NCBI GenBank assembly: GCA_030390025.1
Contig: JASTWF010000324.1
Span: 496,001 to 542,078 of the forward strand
Length of the DNA stretch: 46,078 nucleotides
Direction of reading: 5' to 3'
From: Squalus acanthias
Lineage: Eukaryota
Each line of letters opens with the position of its first letter. Positions within the stretch are counted from its first letter, which is position 1. Shown piece after piece: positions 10,201 to 22,649 of the stretch. The position numbers and the translations under genes are program-made. The notes beneath the pieces are model-generated. The model made no database searches. It saw only the letters and a list, made by a program, of their open reading frames with translations, and had not been told where the DNA came from.

Positions 10201-13200
10201 CTGATTCTCTCTCAGTCTCTCTGATTCTCTCTCAGTCTCTCTGATTCTCTCTCAGTCTCTCTGATTCTCTCTCAGTCTCTCTGATTCTCTCTCAGTCTCT
10301 GATTCTCTCTCAGTCTCTCTGATTCTCTCTCAGTCTCTCTGATTCTCTCTCAGTCTCTGATTCTCTCTCAGTCTCTCTGATTCTCTCTCAGTCTCTCTGA
10401 TTCTCTCTCAGTCTCTCTGATTCTCTCTCAGTCTCTGATTCTCTCTCAGTCTCTGATTCTCTCTCAGTCTCTCTGATTCTCTCTCAGTCTCTCTGATTCT
10501 CTCTCAGTCTCTCTGATTCTCTCTCAGTCTCTCTGATTCTCTCTCAGTCTCTGATTCTCTCTCAGTCTCTCTGATTCTCTCTCAGTCTCTCTGATTCTCT
10601 CTCAGTCTCTCTGATTCTCTCTCAGTCTCTCTGATTCTCTCTCAGTCTCTCTGATTCTCTCTCAGTCTCTCTGATTCTCTCTCAGTCTCTGATTCTCTCT
10701 CAGTCTCTCTGATTCTCTCTCAGTCTCTCTGATTCTCTCTCAGTCTCTGATTCTCTCTCAGTCTCTCTGATTCTCTCTCAGTCTCTCTGATTCTCTCTCA
10801 GTCTCTGATTCTCTCTCAGTCTCTCTGATTCTCTCTCAGTCTCTCTGATTCTCTCTCAGTCTCTGATTCTCTCTCAGTCTCTGATTCTCTCTCAGTCTCT
10901 CTGATTCTCTCTCAGTCTCTCTGATTCTCTCTCAGTCTCTGATTCTCTCTCAGTCTCTGATTCTCTCTCAGTCTCTGATTCTCTCTCAGTCTCTCTGATT
11001 CTCTCTCAGTCTCTGATTCTCTCTCAGTCTCTCTGATTCTCTCTCAGTCTCTCTGATTCTCTCTCAGTCTCTCTGATTCTCTCTCAGTCTCTCTGATTCT
11101 CTCTCAGTCTCTCTGATTCTCTCTCAGTCTCTGATTCTCTCTCAGTCTCTCTGATTCTCTCTCAGTCTCTCTGATTCTCTCTCAGTCTCTCTGATTCTCT
11201 CTCAGTCTCTGATTCTCTCTCAGTCTCTCTGATTCTCTCTCAGTCTCTGATTCTCTCTCAGTCTCTCTGATTCTCTCTCAGTCTCTCTGATTCTCTCTCA
11301 GTCTCTCTGATTCTCTCTCAGTCTCTCTGATTCTCTCTCAGTCTCTGATTCTCTCTCAGTCTCTCTGATTCTCTCTCAGTCTCTCTGATTCTCTCTCAGT
11401 CTCTGATTCTCTCTCAGTCTCTGATTCTCTCTCAGTCTCTCTGATTCTCTCTCAGTCTCTGATTCTCTCTCAGTCTCTGATTCTCTCTCAGTCTCTGATT
11501 CTCTCTCAGTCTCTGATTCTCTCTCAGTCTCTCTGATTCTCTCTCAGTCTCTCTGATTCTCTCTCAGTCTCTGATTCTCTCTCAGTCTCTGATTCTCTCT
11601 CAGTCTCTCTGATTCTCTCTCAGTCTCTCTGATTCTCTCTCAGTCTCTCTGATTCTCTCTCAGTCTCTGATTCTCTCTCAGTCTCTCTGATTCTCTCTCA
11701 GTCTCTGATTCTCTCTCAGTCTCTCTGATTCTCTCTCAGTCTCTCTGATTCTCTCTCAGTCTCTCTGATTCTCTCTCAGTCTCTCTGATTCTCTCTCAGT
11801 CTCTCTGATTCTCTCTCAGTCTCTGATTCTCTCTCAGTCTCTCTGATTCTCTCTCAGTCTCTCTGATTCTCTCTCAGTCTCTCTGATTCTCTCTCAGTCT
11901 CTGATTCTCTCTCAGTCTCTCTGATTCTCTCTCAGTCTCTCTGATTCTCTCTCAGTCTCTGATTCTCTCTCAGTCTCTGATTCTCTCTCAGTCTCTCTGA
12001 TTCTCTCTCAGTCTCTCTGATTCTCTCTCAGTCTCTGATTCTCTCTCAGTCTCTGATTCTCTCTCAGTCTCTCTGATTCTCTCTCAGTCTCTCTGATTCT
12101 CTCTCAGTCTCTCTGATTCTCTCTCAGTCTCTCTGATTCTCTCTCAGTCTCTCTGATTCTCTCTCAGTCTCTGATTCTCTCTCAGTCCTCTGATTCTCTC
12201 TCAGTCTCTCTGATTCTCTCTCAGTCTCTGATTCTCTCTCAGTCTCTCTGATTCTCTCTCAGTCTCTCTGATTCTCTCTCAGTCTCTCTGATTCTCTCTC
12301 AGTCTCTCTGATTCTCTCTCAGTCTCTCTGATTCTCTCTCAGTCTCTCTGATTCTCTCTCAGTCTCTGATTCTCTCTCAGTCTCTCTGATTCTCTCTCAG
12401 TCTCTCTGATTCTCTCTCAGTCTCTCTGATTCTCTCTCAGTCTCTGATTCTCTCTCAGTCTCTCTGATTCTCTCTCAGTCTCTCTGATTCTCTCTCAGTC
12501 TCTCTGATTCTCTCTCAGTCTCTGATTCTCTCTCAGTCTCTCTGATTCTCTCTCAGTCTCTCTGATTCTCTCTCAGTCTCTGATTCTCTCTCAGTCTCTG
12601 ATTCTCTCTCAGTCTCTCTGATTCTCTCTCAGTCTCTCTGATTCTCTCTCAGTCTCTCTGATTCTCTCTCAGTCTCTGATTCTCTCTCAGTCTCTCTGAT
12701 TCTCTCTCAGTCTCTGATTCTCTCTCAGTCTCTCTGATTCTCTCTCAGTCTCTCTGATTCTCTCTCAGTCTCTCTGATTCTCTCTCAGTCTCTCTGATTC
12801 TCTCTCAGTCTCTCTGATTCTCTCTCAGTCTCTCTGATTCTCTCTCAGTCTCTCTGATTCTCTCTCAGTCTCTCTGATTCTCTCTCAGTCTCTCTGATTC
12901 TCTCTCAGTCTCTCTGATTCTCTCTCAGTCTCTGATTCTCTCTCAGTCTCTCTGATTCTCTCTCAGTCTCTCTGATTCTCTCTCAGTCTCTCTGATTCTC
13001 TCTCAGTCTCTCTGATTCTCTCTCAGTCTCTCTGATTCTCTCTCAGTCTCTCTGATTCTCTCTCAGTCTCTGATTCTCTCTCAGTCTCTGATTCTCTCTC
13101 AGTCTCTCTGATTCTCTCTCAGTCTCTGATTCTCTCTCAGTCTCTCTGATTCTCTCTCAGTCTCTGATTCTCTCTCAGTCTCTGATTCTCTCTCAGTCTC

Positions 13201-16200
13201 TGATTCTCTCTCAGTCCTCTGATTCTCTCTCAGTCTCTCTGATTCTCTCTCAGTCTCTGATTCTCTCTCAGTCTCTCTGATTCTCTCTCAGTCTCTCTGA
13301 TTCTCTCTCAGTCTCTCTGATTCTCTCTCAGTCTCTGATTCTCTCTCAGTCTCTGATTCTCTCTCAGTCTCTCTGATTCTCTCTCAGTCTCTCTGATTCT
13401 CTCTCAGTCTCTCTGATTCTCTCTCAGTCTCTCTGATTCTCTCTCAGTCTCTGATTCTCTCTCAGTCTCTCTGATTCTCTCTCAGTCTCTCTGATTCTCT
13501 CTCAGTCTCTCTGATTCTCTCTCAGTCTCTCTGATTCTCTCTCAGTCTCTCTGATTCTCTCTCAGTCTCTCTGATTCTCTCTCAGTCTCTGACTCTCTCA
13601 GTCTCTGATTCTCTCTCAGTCTCTGATTCTCTCTCAGTCTCTCTGATTCTCTCTCAGTCTCTCTGATTCTCTCTCAGTCTCTCTGATTCTCTCTCAGTCT
13701 CTCTGATTCTCTCTCAGTCTCTGATTCTCTCTCAGTCTCTCTGATTCTCTCTCAGTCTCTCTGATTCTCTCTCAGTCTCTGATTCTCTCTCAGTCTCTGA
13801 TTCTCTCTCAGTCTCTCTGATTCTCTCTCAGTCTCTCTGATTCTCTCTCAGTCTCTCTGATTCTCTCTCAGTCTCTGATTCTCTCTCAGTCTCTCTGATT
13901 CTCTCTCAGTCTCTCTGATTCTCTCTCAGTCTCTCTGATTCTCTCTCAGTCTCTCTGATTCTCTCTCAGTCTCTGATTCTCTCTCAGTCTCTCTGATTCT
14001 CTCTCAGTCTCTCTGATTCTCTCTCAGTCTCTCTGATTCTCTCTCAGTCTCTCTGATTCTCTCTCAGTCTCTCTGATTCTCTCTCAGTCTCTCTGATTCT
14101 CTCTCAGTCTCTCTGATTCTCTCTCAGTCTCTGATTCTCTCTCAGTCTCTCTGATTCTCTCTCAGTCTCTCTGATCTCTCTCAGTCTCTCTGATTCTCTC
14201 TCAGTCTCTGATTCTCTCTCAGTCTCTGATTCTCTCTCAGTCTCTCTGATTCTCTCTCAGTCTCTCTGATTCTCTCTCAGTCTCTCTGATTCTCTCTCAG
14301 TCTCTCTGATTCTCTCTCAGTCTCTGATTCTCTCTCAGTCTCTCTGATTCTCTCTCAGTCTCTCTGATTCTCTCTCAGTCTCTCTGATTCTCTCTCAGTC
14401 TCTCTGATTCTCTCTCAGTCTCTCTGATTCTCTCTCAGTCTCTGATTCTCTCTCAGTCTCTCTGATTCTCTCTCAGTCTCTGATTCTCTCTCAGTCTCTC
14501 TGATTCTCTCTCAGTCTCTGATTCTCTCTCAGTCTCTCTGATTCTCTCTCAGTCTCTCTGATTCTCTCTCAGTCTCTCTGATTCTCTCTCAGTCTCTGAT
14601 TCTCTCTCAGTCTCTCTGATTCTCTCTCAGTCTCTCTGATTCTCTCTCAGTCTCTCTGATTCTCTCTCAGTCTCTCTGATTCTCTCTCAGTCTCTCTGAT
14701 TCTCTCTCAGTCTCTGATTCTCTCTCAGTCTCTCTGATTCTCTCTCAGTCTCTGATTCTCTCTCAGTCTCTGATTCTCTCTCAGTCTCTCTGATTCTCTC
14801 TCAGTCTCTCTGATTCTCTCTCAGTCTCTCTGATTCTCTCTCAGTCTCTGATTCTCTCTCAGTCTCTCTGATTCTCTCTCAGTCTCTCGATTCTCTCTCA
14901 GTCTCTCTGATTCTCTCTCAGTCTCTCTGATTCTCTCTCAGTCTCTCTGATTCTCTCTCAGTCTCTCTGATTCTCTCTCAGTCTCTGATTCTCTCTCAGT
15001 CTCTCTGATTCTCTCTCAGTCTCTCTGATTCTCTCTCAGTCTCTGATTCTCTCTCAGTCTCTCTGATTCTCTCTCAGTCTCTCTGATTCTCTCTCAGTCT
15101 CTCTGATTCTCTCTCAGTCTCTCTGATTCTCTCTCAGTCTCTCTGATTCTCTCTCAGTCTCTGATTCTCTCTCAGTCTCTCTGATTCTCTCTCAGTCTCT
15201 GATTCTCTCTCAGTCTCTCTGATTCTCTCTCAGTCTCTGATTCTCTCTCAGTCTCTCTGATTCTCTCTCAGTCTCTGATTCTCTCTCAGTCTCTCTGATT
15301 CTCTCTCAGTCTCTCTGATTCTCTCTCAGTCTCTCTGATTCTCTCTCAGTCTCTGATTCTCTCTCAGTCTCTCTGATTCTCTCTCAGTCTCTCTGATTCT
15401 CTCTCAGTCTCTCTGATTCTCTCTCAGTCTCTCTGATTCTCTCTCAGTCTCTCTGATTCTCTCTCAGTCTCTGATTCTCTCTCAGTCTCTCTGATTCTCT
15501 CTCAGTCTCTGATTCTCTCTCAGTCTCTGATTCTCTCTCAGTCTCTCTGATTCTCTCTCAGTCTCTCTGATTCTCTCTCAGTCTCTCTGATTCTCTCTCA
15601 GTCTCTCTGATTCTCTCTCAGTCTCTCTGATTCTCTCTCAGTCTCTGATTCTCTCTCAGTCTCTCTGATTCTCTCTCAGTCTCTCTGATTCTCTCTCAGT
15701 CTCTCTGATTCTCTCTCAGTCTCTCTGATTCTCTCTCAGTCTCTGATTCTCTCTCAGTCTCTCTGATTCTCTCTCAGTCCTCTGATTCTCTCTCAGTCTC
15801 TGATTCTCTCTCAGTCTCTGATTCTCTCTCAGTCTCTCTGATTCTCTCTCAGTCTCTCTGATTCTCTCTCAGTCTCTCTGATTCTCTCTCAGTCTCTCTG
15901 ATTCTCTCTCAGTCTCTCTGATTCTCTCTCAGTCTCTGATTCTCTCTCAGTCTCTCTGATTCTCTCTCAGTCTCTCTGATTCTCTCTCAGTCTCTCTGAT
16001 TCTCTCTCAGTCTCTGATTCTCTCTCAGTCTCTCTGATTCTCTCTCAGTCTCTGATTCTCTCTCAGTCTCTCTGATTCTCTCTCAGTCTCTCTGATTCTC
16101 TCTCAGTCTCTCTGATTCTCTCTCAGTCTCTCTGATTCTCTCTCAGTCTCTCTGATTCTCTCTCAGTCTCTCTGATTCTCTCTCAGTCTCTCTGATTCTC

Positions 16201-19200
16201 TCTCAGTCTCTCTGATTCTCTCTCAGTCTCTGATTCTCTCTCAGTCTCTGATTCTCTCTCAGTCTCTCTGATTCTCTCTCAGTCTCTCTGATTCTCTCTC
16301 AGTCTCTGATTCTCTCTCAGTCTCTCTGATTCTCTCTCAGTCTCTCTGATTCTCTCTCAGTCTCTCTGATTCTCTCTCAGTCTCTCTGATTCTCTCTCAG
16401 TCTCTCTGATTCTCTCTCAGTCTCTCTGATTCTCTCTCAGTCTCTCTGATTCTCTCTCAGTCTCTGATTCTCTCTCAGTCTCTCTGATTCTCTCTCAGTC
16501 TCTCTGATTCTCTCTCAGTCTCCTGATTCTCTCTCAGTCTCTCTGATTCTCTCTCAGTCTCTGATTCTCTCTCAGTCTCTCTGATTCTCTCTCAGTCTCT
16601 CTGATTCTCTCTCAGTCTCTGATTCTCTCTCAGTCTCTGATTCTCTCTCAGTCTCTCTGATTCTCTCTCAGTCTCTCTGATTCTCTCTCAGTCTCTCTGA
16701 TTCTCTCTCAGTCTCTGATTCTCTCTCAGTCCTCTGATTCTCTCTCAGTCTCTCTGATTCTCTCTCAGTCTCTCTGATTCTCTCTCAGTCTCTCTGATTC
16801 TCTCTCAGTCTCTCTGATTCTCTCTCAGTCTCTCTGATTCTCTCTCAGTCTCTCTGATTCTCTCTCAGTCTCTCTGATTCTCTCTCAGTCTCTCTGATTC
16901 TCTCTCAGTCTCTCTGATTCTCTCTCAGTCTCTGATTCTCTCTCAGTCTCACTGATTCTCTCTCAGTCTCTGATTCTCTCTCAGTCTCTCTGTTTCTCTC
17001 TCAGTCTCTCTGATTCTCTCTCAGTCTCTCTGATTCTCTCTCAGTCTCTCTGATTCTCTCTCAGTCTCTGATTCTCTCTCAGTCTCTCTGATTCTCTCTC
17101 AGTCTCTCTGATTCTCTCTCAGTCTCTCTGATTCTCTCTCAGTCTCTCTGATTCTCTCTCAGTCTCTCTGATTCTCTCTCAGTCTCTGATTCTCTCTCAG
17201 TCTCTCTGATTCTCTCTCAGTCTCTCTGATTCTCTCTCAGTCTCTGATTCTCTCTCAGTCTCTCTGATTCTCTCTCAGTCTCTGATTCTCTCTCAGTCTC
17301 TCTGATTCTCTCTCAGTCTCTGATTCTCTCTCAGTCTCTCTGATTCTCTCTCAGTCTCTGATTCTCTCTCAGTCTCTCTGATTCTCTCTCAGTCTCTCTG
17401 ATTCTCTCTCAGTCTCTCTGATTCTCTCTCAGTCTCTGATTCTCTCTCAGTCTCTCTGATTCTCTCTCAGTCTCTCTGATTCTCTCTCAGTCTCTCTGAT
17501 TCTCTCTCAGTCTCTCTGATTCTCTCTCAGTCTCTGATTCTCTCTCAGTCTCTCTGATTCTCTCTCAGTCTCTGATTCTCTCTCAGTCTCTCTGATTCTC
17601 TCTCAGTCTCTCTGATTCTCTCTCAGTCTCTCTGATTCTCTCTCAGTCTCTGATTCTCTCTCAGTCTCTCTGATTCTCTCTCAGTCTCTCTGATTCTCTC
17701 TCAGTCTCTGATTCTCTCTCAGTCTCTCTGATTCTCTCTCAGTCTCTCTGATTCTCTCTCAGTCTCTCTGATTCTCTCTCAGTCTCTGATTCTCTCTCAG
17801 TCTCTGATTCTCTCTCAGTCTCTCTGATTCTCTCTCAGTCTCTCTGATTCTCTCTCAGTCTCTGATTCTCTCTCAGTCTCTCTGATTCTCTCTCAGTCTC
17901 TCTGATTCTCTCTCAGTCTCTCTGATTCTCTCTCAGTCTCTGATTCTCTCTCAGTCTCTCTGATTCTCTCTCAGTCTCTCTGATTCTCTCTCAGTCTCTC
18001 TGATTCTCTCTCAGTCTCTGATTCTCTCTCAGTCTCTCTGATTCTCTCTCAGTCTCTTGATTCTCTCTCAGTCTCTCTGATTCTCTCTCAGTCTCTCTGA
18101 TTCTCTCTCAGTCTCTCTGATTCTCTCTCAGTCTCTCTGATTCTCTCTCAGTCTCTGATTCTCTCTCAGTCTCTCTGATTCTCTCTCAGTCTCTCTGATT
18201 CTCTCTCAGTCTCTGATTCTCTCTCAGTCTCTGATTCTCTCTCAGTCTCTCTGATTCTCTCTCAGTCTCTCTGATTCTCTCTCAGTCTCTCTGATTCTCT
18301 CTCAGTCTCTCTGATTCTCTCTCAGTCTCTGATTCTCTCTCAGTCTCTCTGATTCTCTCTCAGTCTCTCTGATTCTCTCTCAGTCTCTCTGATTCTCTCT
18401 CAGTCTCTCTGATTCTCTCTCAGTCTCCTGATTCTCTCTCAGTCTCTGATTCTCTCTCAGTCTCTGTTCTCTCTCAGTCTCTCTGATTCTCTCTCAGTCT
18501 CTCTGATTCTCTCTCAGTTCTCTGATTCTCTCTCAGTCTCTCTGATTCTCTCTCAGTCTCTCTGATTCTCTCTCAGTCTCTGATTCTCTCTCAGTCTCTC
18601 TGATTCTCTCTCAGTCTCTCTGATTCTCTCTCAGTCTCTCTGATTCTCTCCAGTCTCTCTGATTCTCTCTCAGTCTCTCTGATTCTCTCTCAGTCTCTCT
18701 GATTCTCTCTCAGTCTCTCTGATTCTCTCTCAGTCTCTCTGATTCTCTCTCAGTCTCTCTGATTCTCTCTCAGTCCTCTGATTCTCTCTCAGTCTCTGAT
18801 TCTCTCTCAGTCTCTCTGATTCTCTCTCAGTCTCTGATTCTCTCTCAGTCTCTCTGATTCTCTCTCAGTCTCTCTGATTCTCTCTCAGTCTCTCTGATTC
18901 TCTCTCAGTCTCTGATTCTCTCTCAGTCTCTCTGATTCTCTCTCAGTCTCTCTGATTCTCTCTCAGTCTCTGATTCTCTCTCAGTCTCTGATTCTCTCTC
19001 AGTCTCTTTGATTCTCTCTCAGTCTCTGATTCTCTCTCAGTCTCTGATTCTCTCTCAGTCTCTGATTCTCTCTCAGTCTCTCTGATTCTCTCTCAGTCTC
19101 TGATTCTCTCTCAGTCTCTGATTCTCTCTCAGTCTCTGATTCTCTCTCAGTCTCTCTGATTCTCTCTCAGTCTCTGATTCTCTCTCAGTCTCTCTGATTC

Positions 19201-22200
19201 TCTCTCAGTCCTCTGATTCTCTCTCAGTCTCTCTGATTCTCTCTCAGTCTCTCTGATTCTCTCTCAGTCTCTCTGATTCTCTCTCAGTCTCTGATTCTCT
19301 CTCAGTCTCTCTGATTCTCTCTCAGTCTCTCTGATTCTCTCTCAGTCTCTGATTCTCTCTCAGTCTCTCTGATTCTCTCTCAGTCTCTCTGATTCTCTCT
19401 CAGTCTCTCTGATTCTCTCTCAGTCTCTCTGATTCTCTCTCAGTCTCTGATTCTCTCTCAGTCTCTCTGATTCTCTCTCAGTCTCCTGATTCTCTCTCAG
19501 TCTCTGATTCTCTCTCAGTCTCTCTGATTCTCTCTCAGTCTCTCTGATTCTCTCTCAGTCTCTCTGATTCTCTCTCAGTCTCCTGATTCTCTCTCAGTTC
19601 TCTGATTCTCTCTCAGTCTCTCTGATTCTCTCTCAGTCTCTCTGATTCTCTCTCAGTCTCTCTGATTCTCTCTCAGTCTCTCTGATTCTCTCTCAGTCTC
19701 TGATTCTCTCTCAGTCTCTCTGATTCTCTCTCAGTCTCTCTGATTCTCTCTCAGTCTCTGATTCTCTCTCAGTCTCTCTGATTCTCTCTCAGTCTCTCTG
19801 ATTCTCTCTCAGTCTCTGATTCTCTCTCAGTCTCTGATTCTCTCTCAGTCTCTCTGATTCTCTCTCAGTCTCTCTGATTCTCTCTCAGTCTCTGATTCTC
19901 TCTCAGTCTCTCTGATTCTCTCTCAGTCTCTCTGATTCTCTCTCAGTCTCTCTGATTCTCTCTCAGTCTCTCTGATTCTCTCTCAGTCTCTCTGATTCTC
20001 TCTCAGTCTCTTGATTCTCTCTCAGTCTCTCTGATTCTCTCTCAGTCTCTCTGATTCTCTCTCAGTCTCTGATTCTCTCTCAGTCTCTGATTCTCTCTCA
20101 GTCTCCTGATTCTCTCTCAGTCTCTCTGATTCTCTCTCAGTCTCTGATTCTCTCTCAGTCTCTCTGATTCTCTCTCAGTCTCTCTGATTCTCTCTCAGTC
20201 CTCTGATTCTCTCTCAGTCTCTGATTCTCTCTCAGTCTCTCTGATTCTCTCTCAGTCTCTGATTCTCTCTCAGTCTCTCTGATTCTCTCTCAGTCTCTCT
20301 GATTCTCTCAGTCTCTCTGATTCTCTCTCAGTCTCTCTGATTCTCTCTCAGTCTCTCTGATTCTCTCTCAGTCTCTCTGATTCTCTCTCAGTCTCTCTGA
20401 TTCTCTCTCAGTCTCTCTGATTCTCTCTCAGTCTCTGATTCTCTCTCAGTCTCTCTGATTCTCTCTCAGTCTCTCTGATTCTCTCTCAGTCTCTCTGATT
20501 CTCTCAGTCTCTGATTCTCTCTCAGTCTCTCTGATTCTCTCTCAGTCTCTCTGATTCTCTCTCAGTCTCTGATTCTCTCTCAGTCTCTCTGATTCTCTCT
20601 CAGTCTCTCTGATTCTCTCTCAGTCTCTGATTCTCTCTCAGTCTCTGATTCTCTCTCAGTCTCTCTGATTCTCTCTCAGTCTCTCTGATTCTCTCTCAGT
20701 CTCTGATTCTCTCTCAGTCTCTCTGATTCTCTCTCAGTCTCTGATTCTCTCCTCAGTCTCTGATTCTCTCTCAGTCTCTCTGATTCTCTCTCAGTCTCTC
20801 TGATTCTCTCTCAGTCTCTGATTCTCTCTCAGTCTCTCTGATTCTCTCTCAGTCTCTCTGATTCTCTCTCAGTCTCTCTGATTCTCTCTCAGTCTCTGAT
20901 TCTCTCTCAGTCTCTCTGATTCTCTCTCAGTCTCTCTGATTCTCTCTCAGTCTCTGATTCTCTCTCAGTCTCTCTGATTCTCTCTCAGTCTCTCTGATTC
21001 TCTCTCAGTCTCTCTGATTCTCTCTCAGTCTCTGATTCTCTCTCAGTCTCTCTGATTCTCTCTCAGTCTCTGATTCTCTCTCAGTCTCTCTGATTCTCTC
21101 TCAGTCTCTCTGATTCTCTCTCAGTCTCTCTGATTCTCTCTCAGTCTCTGATTCTCTCTCAGTCTCTCTGATTCTCTCTCAGTCTCTCTGATTCTCTCTC
21201 AGTCTCTCTGATTCTCTCTCAGTCTCTGATTCTCTCTCAGTCTCTCTGATTCTCTCTCAGTCTCTCTGATTCTCTCTCAGTCTCTCTGATTCTCTCTCAG
21301 TCTCTCTGATTCTCTCTCAGTCTCTCTGATTCTCTCTCAGTCTCTCTGATTCTCTCTCAGTCTCTCTGATTCTCTCTCAGTCTCTCTGATTCTCTCTCAG
21401 TCTCTCTGATTCTCTCTCAGTCTCTCTGATTCTCTCTCAGCTCTCTGATTCTCTCTCAGTCTCTGATTCTCTCTCAGTCTCTCTGATTCTCTCTCAGTCT
21501 CTCTGATTCTCTCTCAGTCTCTCTGATTCTCTCTCAGTCTCTCTGATTCTCTCTCAGTCTCTCTGATTCTCTCTCAGTCTCTCTGATTCTCTCTCAGTCT
21601 CTCTGATTCTCTCTCAGTCTCTCTGATTCTCTCTCAGTCTCTCTGATTCTCTCTCAGTCTCTGATTCTCTCTCAGTCTCTCTGATTCTCTCTCAGTTCTC
21701 TGATTCTCTCTCAGTCTCTGATTCTCTCTCAGTCCTCTGATTCTCTCTCAGTCTCTCTGATTCTCTCTCAGTCTCTCTGATTCTCTCTCAGTCTCTGATT
21801 CTCTCTCAGTCTCTCTGATTCTCTCTCAGTCTCTCTGATTCTCTCTCAGTCTCTGATTCTCTCTCAGTCTCTCTGATTCTCTCTCAGTCTCTCTGATTCT
21901 CTCTCAGTCTCTCTGATTCTCTCTCAGTCTCTCTGATTCTCTCTCAGTCTCTCTGATTCTCTCTCAGTCTCTCTGATTCTCTCTCAGTCTCTCTGATTCT
22001 CTCTCAGTCTCTGATTCTCTCTCAGTCTCTCTGATTCTCTCTCAGTCTCTCTGATTCTCTCTCAGTCTCTCTGATTCTCTCTCAGTCTCTGATTCTCTCT
22101 CAGTCTCTCTGATTCTCTCTCAGTCTCTCTGATTCTCTCTCAGTCTCTCTGATTCTCTCAGTCTCTGATTCTCTCTCAGTCTCTCTGATTCTCTCTCAGT

Positions 22201-22649
22201 CTCTCTGATTCTCTCTCAGTCTCTCTGATTCTCTCTCAGTCTCTCTGATTCTCTCTCAGTCTCTGATTCTCTCTCAGTCTCTCTGATTCTCTCTCAGTCT
22301 CTGATTTCTCTCTCAGTCTCTCTGATTCTCTCTCAGTCTCTGATTCTCTCTCAGTCTCTCTGATTCTCTCTCAGTCTCTGATTCTCTCTCAGTCTCTCTG
22401 ATTCTCTCTCAGTCTCTCTGATTCTCTCTCAGTCTCTGATTCTCTCTCAGTCTCTCTGATTCTCTCTCAGTCTCTCTGATTCTCTCTCAGTCTCTGATTC
22501 TCTCTCAGTCTCTCTGATTCTCTCTCAGTCTCTCTGATTCTCTCTCAGTCTCTCTGATTCTCTCTCAGTCTCTCTGATTCTCTCTCAGTCTCTCTGATTC
22601 TCTCTCAGTCTCTCTGATTCTCTCTCAGTCTCTGATTCTCTCTCAGTCT

